Shown here: positions 55,670 through 64,000 of the stretch, piece by piece
Position numbering within the stretch: the stretch's first letter is position 1
How the letters are laid out: the number at the start of each line of letters is the position of its first letter
Origin: Octopus vulgaris
Taxonomy: Eukaryota
Length of the DNA: 64,000 bases
Assembly (NCBI GenBank): GCA_951406725.2
Contig: OX597818.1
Location: 131,068,001 to 131,132,000 of the forward strand
Direction: 5' to 3'
Translations under genes and position numbers: made by a program
The notes under the pieces: generated by a model
The model's input: the letters and a program-made list of their open reading frames with translations, nothing else
Databases searched by the model: none
Told to the model about the DNA's origin: nothing

Positions 55670-57420
55670 TAGTTTTTGTTTCATTCATTCATATTATGAC
55701 TGCATTTTTTTTTCATGATAGCTTGGGCTAGATCAAGGGTCTCCAACTCAAGGAAGGAAGAAGGGCATTACAGACGGAAGAACAGGCCCAGTGGACAAAA
55801 ATAAAGGTGTGGCATTGGAGAGGGAATTGGGGTTATGTTATGTTCTTTTGTATTTATTTTGCTTTTAGAGCTACACAACAAAACTGGAAGTAAATCCTCA
55901 TTAACATAATCCTTCAATGTCCATTTTTCATGGTTGGCATGGATGGGATGGCTTGACCAGAGCTTACAAGTTGGAGAGTTGCACCAGGTTTCAGGCTGAT
56001 TTGGCCTGGTTTCTACAGCTGGATGCCCTTCCGAATGCCAACTGCTTTACAGTGTGTGCTGGGTGCTTTTAATGTGGCACCAGCACAGGCACTCGAATGT
56101 GGCACCAGCATGAGTTCTTTTTACATGGCACCAGCACAGGGCTCTTGCGGCTCAATCCTCTTTGTCAGGAGGAGTGGCACTGACATTTCTGCTGTGGAGG
56201 ACAGTTCTTCCTGAGATATATATCTAAAAATAAACATATTTTTATTGAATGTCAGATTTAGAACTAAGGCTATATGGCTATGGCTGTGTGGTTAAGAAAC
56301 TCATATATCAACCATGCAATTTCAGATTCAGCCCTTAATTGCATCACACTGCACAATTATCATCTACTAGAGCCCCTAAACTAATTTAGTAGACAAAAGC
56401 TGTGTGGAATCTATGTATAACTATGTTGGGGCCACCTTCGTTTTGGAAGTCACTTGACCCTTTATATCCCATAATTTAGTAGTTCAGCACAAGATACTCA
56501 CAGAATAAGTACCAGACTTAAAAGCAAGTACTGGGATCAATATGCTCAACTAAACCCTTCAAGGCAGTATCTCCAGCATGACTGCAATCCAATGACTGAA
56601 GCATGTTTAAGGTAAAAGGATATACATGCAGTTTATATTATGTTTATTAAAATCGTTTTGATGCCAGTCAGTTCAAGCTGAAGAGAAGTTTTGTCAATAT
56701 TTTACAGTGACCAGGGATTCTATATTTTTGCTTCAAATCATGTAAATTTGCAAGTCTTAATACAGTTTGTTAAATGTTTATCTGTAAGGTTTGTGAACAA
56801 TGCATTTTTTATTTTTATTATATTTATTTATTTTTGTTATTGTTGTTTTTGTTGTTTTTTTGTTGAAAAGAGCCGCTCACAAGAATATGTGCTTCGAGAC
56901 AAGGCCAGAAGTCACAGAGATATGGCAAACAGTTTGGGAAATCTTGTCACATAGAAGCAACTTGTCAAAATCTGGAACAACAATTTCTGTATGTTTTCTG
57001 GTTCAGTAGGTTATCACACTAAAGCTGCATCTGCACTACCAACTTCTGAAATTCATTACAAATGGTACCAACATCCATGGTCAGTGGAATTGCAAAAATC
57101 ATAAATTTTTCTGATATTAGAAATGTGCTAGAAACAGATTTTGAACTTAGTCACTGGCAACAGCAGTAATTTGTTAAATCTTTGTAAACAAAGAGACAAA
57201 CTTTGAATGATTAGAAACCACATATAATTAGTCTGCAAGCTGCATCTGACTTACAGGGGATGTGTCTGAGACACTGGGCAAGACAAAGGCACATGGCCTA
57301 GAGGTTAGGGTGCTACACTCATAATTGTGTGATCGTGGTTTTGATTCCTAGGCCAGTTGTGTATTGCATTTAGGGGCAAAACACATTACTCTAGATCACT
57401 CAGCTCTAAATGAATAACCT

Positions 57421-57653
57421 ATTTCTTTATTACCCACAAGGGGCTAAACATAGAGGGGACAAACAAGGACAGACATAGGTATTAAGTCGATTCCATCGAC
57501 CCCAGTGTGTAACTGGTACTTAATTTATCGACCCCGAAAGGATGAAAGGCAAAGTCGACCTCGGCGGAATTTGAACTCACAACGTAACGCAGATGAAATA
57601 CCGCTAAGCATTTCGCCCGGCGTGCTAATGTTTCTGCCAGCTCGCTGCCTTAT
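57421..57653 (-). mobile_element. SINE family B inserted into an older family E SINE (starting about 57288)
   Basis: 16-bp TSD TCTAAATGAATAACCT at 57405-57420 and 57654-57669. Confidence 0.9.
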
Positions 57654-57877
57654 TCTAAATGAATAACCTTGTGACAGATTGGTATATTAGAGTGAGATGG
57701 AAAAATTACCAGAATGGAAGCCTCGTGTGCAACATTTTGTATTAAGTGATCAAAAGAATGAATAGTACAACCCATACTGTGAACCCCCATTGATTGAGCT
57801 TGGTTGTTCCCCCATATCAAAGGCCATCATCATCATCATCAAGACAAAAACTTATTGAGTCAGTATTTCATAACTGG

Positions 57878-58090
57878 AAGGCAGTGAGCACGCAGAAACG
57901 TTAGCATGTCAGGTGAAATGCTTAGAGGTATTTCGTCTGTCTTTACGTTCTGAGTTCAAATTCCATTGAGGTCGACATTGCTTTTCATCCTTTTGGGGTC
58001 GATAAATCAAGTACCAGTTGCATGCTGGGGTTGATCTAATCGACTGGTCTCCCTCCCCCAATATTTCGGGCCTTGTGCCTAGAGTAGAAA
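57878..58090 (+). mobile_element. SINE family B (alternative tail)
   Basis: Family B head and domain, tail TTTCGGGCCTTGTGCCTAGAGTAGAAA. Confidence 0.85.
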
Positions 58091-58688
58091 AAAAAATTAT
58101 TTCATAACTGGACCTTATTCCCATCACCAATCCTTACACATTTAAAAAGTAAGTGATATTTTATGCCAATCATCTTTGTAAGCATAGTGACACTGTATGT
58201 CTTAGTTATAGTGAAAGTAAACATAGCATCTCTGTTTTGCTCAAGTGGTGTTACAGGAGACCATACAGAGTATGTCGATCAGTTCTGTTAATCCTTGACA
58301 AAATATTGCTTAACAGTGAAACAGAGTAACTACCAGCTTACAAAAGAAATGAAGGATATTTTAGAAAATAAGTGAATTTATGAGAGAGAAAGAGAGAGAG
58401 AGAGATTAACAATGTAGGTGGGAGAAAACGGAGAGAGAGAGAAGGAGAGAATGTGTGAATATATAGGAATCCATGTACATAAATATGTATGCGCAAATAT
58501 GCATGTATGTATGTTTGTGTAGGTATGTATGTGCATGTAATTGCCTATTCTTCCATGTACGTTTGTGTGTCTTTTAGAGAATGCACATGTACATATACGT
58601 AGGTAGATAGATAACTAGAAAGAGAGATATAAATATATGTTTGTGAGTGTATGTGTGCATATGTATGTATGTGCCTATGTGTGTATGA

Positions 58689-58726
<38 letters not shown>

Positions 58727-58730
<4 letters not shown>

Positions 58731-58975
58731 TCATCATCATTGTTTAGCATCCGCTTTCCATGCTAGCATGGGTTGGACAGTTCAACTTGGATCTGGGAAG
58801 CCAGAAGACTGCACCAGGCCCAGTCTGATCTGGCAATGTTTCTACGGCTGGATGCCCTTCCTAACGACAACCTCTCCGTGAGTGTAGTGGGTGCTTTTTA
58901 CGTGCCACTGGCACAGGTGCCAGGCGAGGCTGGCAACAGCCACAATTGGATGGTGCTTTGTACGTGCCACTGGCA

Positions 58976-58978
<3 letters not shown>
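58727..58978 (-). mobile_element. Family C copy between (TA)n tracts
   Basis: (CAT)n + CCATGCTAGCATGGGTTGGAC...GTGCCACTGGCAC. Confidence 0.85.
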
Positions 58979-59029
<51 letters not shown>

Positions 59030-59099
59030 GTATGTATGTATATGCACATGTATTTTAATGTGGTCATGTTACCGTATGTATGTACGTTGGGTGTATGGA

Positions 59100-59500
59100 G
59101 GTGCAGGTATGGCTGTGTGGCAGGCACAGGATTGGGTGTGTGGTAAGAAGCTAGCTTCTCAACCACAAGCTTAGTTCCACTGTGTATCACCTTGGGCAAG
59201 TGCCTTCTACTGTAGCCTCAAGCCAACCAAAGCCTTGTGAGTGGATTTGGTAGATGGAAACTGAAAAAAGCCTGTTCTCTCTCTCTATATATATATATAT
59301 GTAAATTTTGTGTTTGTTCCCACATCAATGCTTGACAATCCATGTGAGTGTGTTTACATCTTCATAACTTAGTGGTTCAGCAAAAGAGACCAATAGAATA
59401 AGTATCAGGCTTACAAAGAATAAGTCCAGGGATCGAATTCTTCGACTAAAAGGTAGTGCTCCAGCATGGTCACAGCGAATATGACTGAAACAAGTAAAAT
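59100..59500 (+). mobile_element. Diverged SINE family A
   Basis: Colinear with family A. Confidence 0.82.
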
Positions 59501-59522
59501 AATATACATACATATATATATA

Positions 59523-59585
59523 TGATTGATTGATTGATTGATTTTAGTTTCAGCTCATGAGCTGTGGCCATGCTGGGGCACCGCC
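59523..59585 (-). mobile_element. Isolated 60-bp LINE/SINE 3' terminus with (ATCA)n tail
   Basis: Minus: GGCGGTGCCCCAGCATGGCCACAGCTCATGAGCTGAAAC..(ATCA)n. Confidence 0.7.
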
Positions 59586-60401
59586 ATATATATATATATA
59601 TATTATTTTATGTATATATATATGCATGCATGTATATATATATATATACGTACATTTATGTATGTATATGTGAATAATATCATTGAATCAATGAAGATGT
59701 GTATGTTTTGACTGTTTGTATGTATATGAGAATATTTCACATTGTGCATGCATTTATATGTGTGTGGTGTGCATATGCATCGTGTGTGTGTATATGCATG
59801 TGTTTTTATGTACATATGCATGTGAATGTATGTGTGTGTGTGTGTTTGTAGTTTTCTTTATTCTCAATTTCAATTTAGACTATTTCTGTGATTTTTTGAA
59901 AGTAACTCCCGACCTCATCCAAACCTCAACTCTTCCAACTCCATTCATACGAACATACAGAAGAATACAGAATAATGTAGTCTAATATAGTATAATATTA
60001 AAAAAAAAAGTGAAGATAGCATTAATTTAAAGTAATATTAATTACTCTAAATTTTTCATTTGCTTTTTGTGATTATTTAAATTCTATAAGTATTTAAAAA
60101 AAAAAATTGTACTTTTTGTTTTTCATAACAAACATTATTATTGATGTCTCACATGGCAGAAGGAACCAAAATAAAGATTTTCTATAATAATGCAACACTA
60201 CAAATTTGTGTGGAATGGTATAAATGATAGACTCAACTGTAGTGTACAACTGGTAATTGAAGTCATGAAGCCTTATGGTTTAGGTTGTAGCAGTGATCTG
60301 AAACCTAACCACTCGAGGCACCACAATCAGACCACAATAGTTTCACATGACCATTCTATTAAGTAACCAATCAGTGTCGGGCCATCACAAGATTCTCTCT
60401 T

Positions 60402-60880
60402 CTTATTTCTTTATTGCCCACAAGGAGATACACACAGAGGGGACAAACAAGGACAGTCAAATGGATTTAGTTGTTTATATCGACCCCAGTGCGTAACTGG
60501 TACTTATTTAATAAGGCGGCGAGCTGGCAGAAACGTTAGCATGCTGGGCGAAATGTGTAGCCGTATTTCGTCTGTCGTTACGCTGTGAGTTCAAATTCCG
60601 CCGAGGTCGATTTTGCCTTTCATCCTTTCGGGGTTGATAAATTAAGTACCAATTACGCACTGGGGTCGATGGAATCGACTTAATACCTATGTCTGTCCTT
60701 GTTTGTCCTCTCTGTGTTTTGCCCCTTGTGGGTAGTAAAGAAATGGGTACTTATTTAATCGACTGCGAAAGGATGAAAGGCAAAGTTGACCTCGGCGGAA
60801 TTTGAACTCAGAACGTAGCGGCAGACAAAATACTGCTAAGTATTTCACCCAGCGCACTAATGCTTCTGCCAGTTCACCAC
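60402..60880. mobile_element. SINE B (+, 60513-60745) nested in SINE B (-)
   Basis: 14-bp TSD GGTACTTATTTAAT at 60499-60512 and 60746-60759. Confidence 0.92.
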
Positions 60881-61494
60881 CTTTCTTCTTCTAGCAACTT
60901 CTTGCACCCTATAAAAAAGCTACCTTGGGGCAGAACACATTGAAGAATATTAAGGCAGCTGAATGATATGTGTCTTCATTTCTTGCCATGCAAGACAACC
61001 CCCAGCAAACAGCCCAGCAGACAATTGAGGGACACAACCCAGTAGACAACCCAGGAAGATGGCCCAGCAGACAACCCAAGATGACAGCCAGTACAGATGG
61101 CTCTGATAGATGACCAAGAACCTCCATCGCCACACAAAGGTAGCACAATTGTTTTCAGATATTTTGGGCAAGCTGCATGTTGCTGTTTCAACAGCTTTCT
61201 GTAAACTCAGACCAGTATCTCTCTCCCAGTCTATAATTATTGTTGTTGCTACCTGTGAAAAAACCAGGTATTTTACCTATATGCGTGATAATAATTAAAT
61301 GTTTGTAGGTGTTGTTCAGTTATTTCTTTGCATAGCCAAGAAGCATTTTCATTCATTAACTAAACCAACTGCCATAGCAGCAACCATGCAACACAATGAT
61401 ATACTCATGACATATGATGACCAACTATTGTGGTGCACCTGAGCACTGTATACAGTAATTTCATTATTATTATTATTATTATATATATATACAC

Positions 61495-61660
61495 ATATAC
61501 GACGGGCTTCTTTCAGTTTCCGTCTACCAATTCAACTCACAAGGGTTTGATCGGCCTGAGGCTATAGTAGAAGACACCTGCCCAAGGTGCCACACAGAGG
61601 GACTGAACCCAGAACCATGTGGTTGGTAAGCAAGCTACTTACCACACAGCCACTCCTGTG
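61495..61660 (-). mobile_element. 5' half of SINE family A
   Basis: Reverse complement of the head through GAAAGAAGCCCGTCG. Confidence 0.85.
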
Positions 61661-63584
61661 TCTATATTGACCAAAGACAAAAAAAGAAATCAAAATTTTC
61701 TTACACAGAGTTGTGAGTTCTTGTTAAAGTCTGATTTGAGTTTACCAGGTTATTAGATCAAAGTTTATACCAGACAAACTCCTTAACAGAATGCTGGGCT
61801 CCTGATTGTGCTCGGATAAGTCAAAGGTTCAATTTGAGGGCAGATGCATACATGGGCCTGGGAACAGAGGATGCAGGGGGTGAAAGCACTCCTCCTAAAT
61901 TTTTTTGTTTTTGTTTTGGAGTGGGGTGCAAAATCAAAATTTGCATCCCTACTTATTTTTCTCAAGTTTAGAATTAAGTGTGTAAAAAGTGATCTGTAAA
62001 AAGTAACTTGAAGCTAGGCTCCTTCTCAAAGAACAAAGAACAAAAAAAAAATGCAATAAGACCTTGCTTGTAAAAACTTTTGGACCTGGTTTTGTACCTC
62101 TACATAAATTTTGTTCCTGAGCCAGTGGAAGCATAAAGCCTTTTTTTAGTACCCTACAATCTCAATTTTGTTAATTTGCTATGGTATCATTCTTGCTTTT
62201 TCTTCTCTCTTTTTCTCTGTCCTAACATCAACATCTCTCTGTTTCTCTCTCTTCCTCTCCACATCCTTTCTCTTTACTTTCCCCTCCTCTTCTTATACCA
62301 ATTCCTCCTTCTTTACTGCTACTCACCTAGGAATTGCACATCTAACTTACCCCTCTTACTGCTCCTTTTTCTTTCTTCTAGAACTAACATTCAAAATTTA
62401 TGAAACATTGTGTGTTTAGCAAAACATTTCATTTCATGTTTCTTCAGTCCATTAATCACTGTTAATCTCCGAAGGATTTGAGACTTAAACAGTGTTTAGC
62501 AGGGACATCTGGTGACTGAAGTACTGATTGGAGGGTGTTGAAGATATCAGGTAATATAAACTTGAAGAGTAAGATACTAACCCTTCTTGGTCATATTTCT
62601 GATGAGTTACACAGCTTGTAATTTCAAATTAATTTTTAATTAATTTTGAAAGCAAAGAAGAATTTGGAGGGATTTAGTAAAATGACTAATTTTGTAATTA
62701 TTAAAATGGTGTTAAGGACACATCTTGACAAAAATTTCATGCATAAAATTACGAAAAAAGTTTTTAATTTAGAATTGACTTTAAGATAGGCAGGCTCTTT
62801 GTATAATAGAACAGTAGGATACCATTGCTCTATCTCTCTCTCTCTCTGTTTCCTATTCTCCCTTCTTCTCTTTCTCTCTACTTCTTTTCCTCTTCCTCTC
62901 TCTCTCTTTGCTGTTTTCTTTTGAACCTCTTGATCGTTTTCTAGTATTTTCACTTAGTTTTCAATATCCCCTAAAGATCTTTAATAAATTGTTAGCTCTT
63001 CTAACCATCTTGAAAGAGGTCTAGGTGACAGTTGAGAGAGCCAGCCATTACATATGGGTGAGAAGGAATGATGAAACCTGGCTAAAGTGGTGATGATCCA
63101 AAAATAGACCTGAGGTTGAATACTAGCCAATCAAACAAGTAGGTGGGGGCCTCACATCAGCGAGAAGATGAGGTGGTAGTGCATTGTAAAGCTGTCAAGA
63201 GGAAGGCCTCAAAATGGTAAGCAACCCTGAAGCCTACTGGCATCAGAAATGCAGAATTTTCAACCAGCTGTACTTGCACAAGCAAGACGTTTCTAAATTT
63301 CAATATGGATGAACAGAGCTGATCGGGCATCACTAAAATACCTGCTGCATTCAATAATGCTTTCTACATTCGATGTTCAAATCCCACTAAAGGCAACTTT
63401 GTTTTTCATCTTTCTGGGGCAGATAATATATAGTAACACTATATATATCCTTTCTAAGTATCCTTGATATGAATAAAATCAAAAAGGTTAAGAGTGAAGT
63501 GTTGGGGCATCAATGTGGATAAATGAATTTTGGCAGAGCAATTTCCATTATAGTACTAGTAGCATAAAGACATTCATTCACATA

Positions 63585-63930
63585 TCTTTTATTCTTTTAC
63601 TTGTTTCAGTCATCTGACTGTGGCCATGCTGGAGCATCACCTTGAAAGGTTTTAGTCGAACAAATCAACTCCAGGACTTTATTTGTTTTAATCCTGCTGA
63701 ACTGCTAAGTTAGAGGGATGTAAACATACCAGCACTGGTTCTGAAGTAGTGATAGGGAGACAAACACAGATACAAGCTTCTTTCAGTTTCTGTCAACCAA
63801 ATCCACTCACAAGGCTTCGGTCGGCTCAAAGCTATAGTAGAAGACACTTGTCCAAGGTGCCACAAAGTCGGACTGAACCTGGAACCGTGTGGTTGGAAAG
63901 CAAGCTCCTTACCACACAGCCATGCCTGTA
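63585..63930 (-). mobile_element. Diverged SINE family A
   Basis: Reverse complement of head and tail motifs. Confidence 0.82.
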
Positions 63931-63994
<64 letters not shown>

Positions 63995-64000
63995 ATTTGA

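Noticed and set aside
60990-61115. 12-bp periodic CAGCAGACAACC-like repeat with short ORFs
   Set aside because: Small degenerate minisatellite with no further structure

Overview
Very AT-rich, microsatellite-saturated non-coding eukaryotic DNA. The repeat families and the (TA)n/(TACA)n/(GATA)n load resemble octopus (coleoid cephalopod) intronic or intergenic sequence; this is an inference. I cannot support any intact host gene, and almost all listed ORFs are microsatellite translation artefacts. The window holds dozens of tRNA-derived SINE and LINE-tail copies (my working labels: families A-E). It also holds decayed mariner, Tc1 and maT-like transposases, Penelope-like RT/GIY-YIG relics, CR1/L2-, RTE- and HERO-like LINE 3' ends, piggyBac-, hAT- and Tc1-type MITEs, a probable Helitron and several fold-back palindromes. 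The main finding is that two sequence-unrelated mobile elements each carry a complete hammerhead ribozyme core (CUGAUGA, GAAA, NUC). They lie at 24106-24218 (+), in the 3' UTR of a HERO-like LINE, and at 5495-5641 (-), in a TA-inserted element. In both, the strands follow the same non-circularly permuted, pseudoknotted order, with every helix conserved through different base pairs. All structures were folded by eye and are untested.
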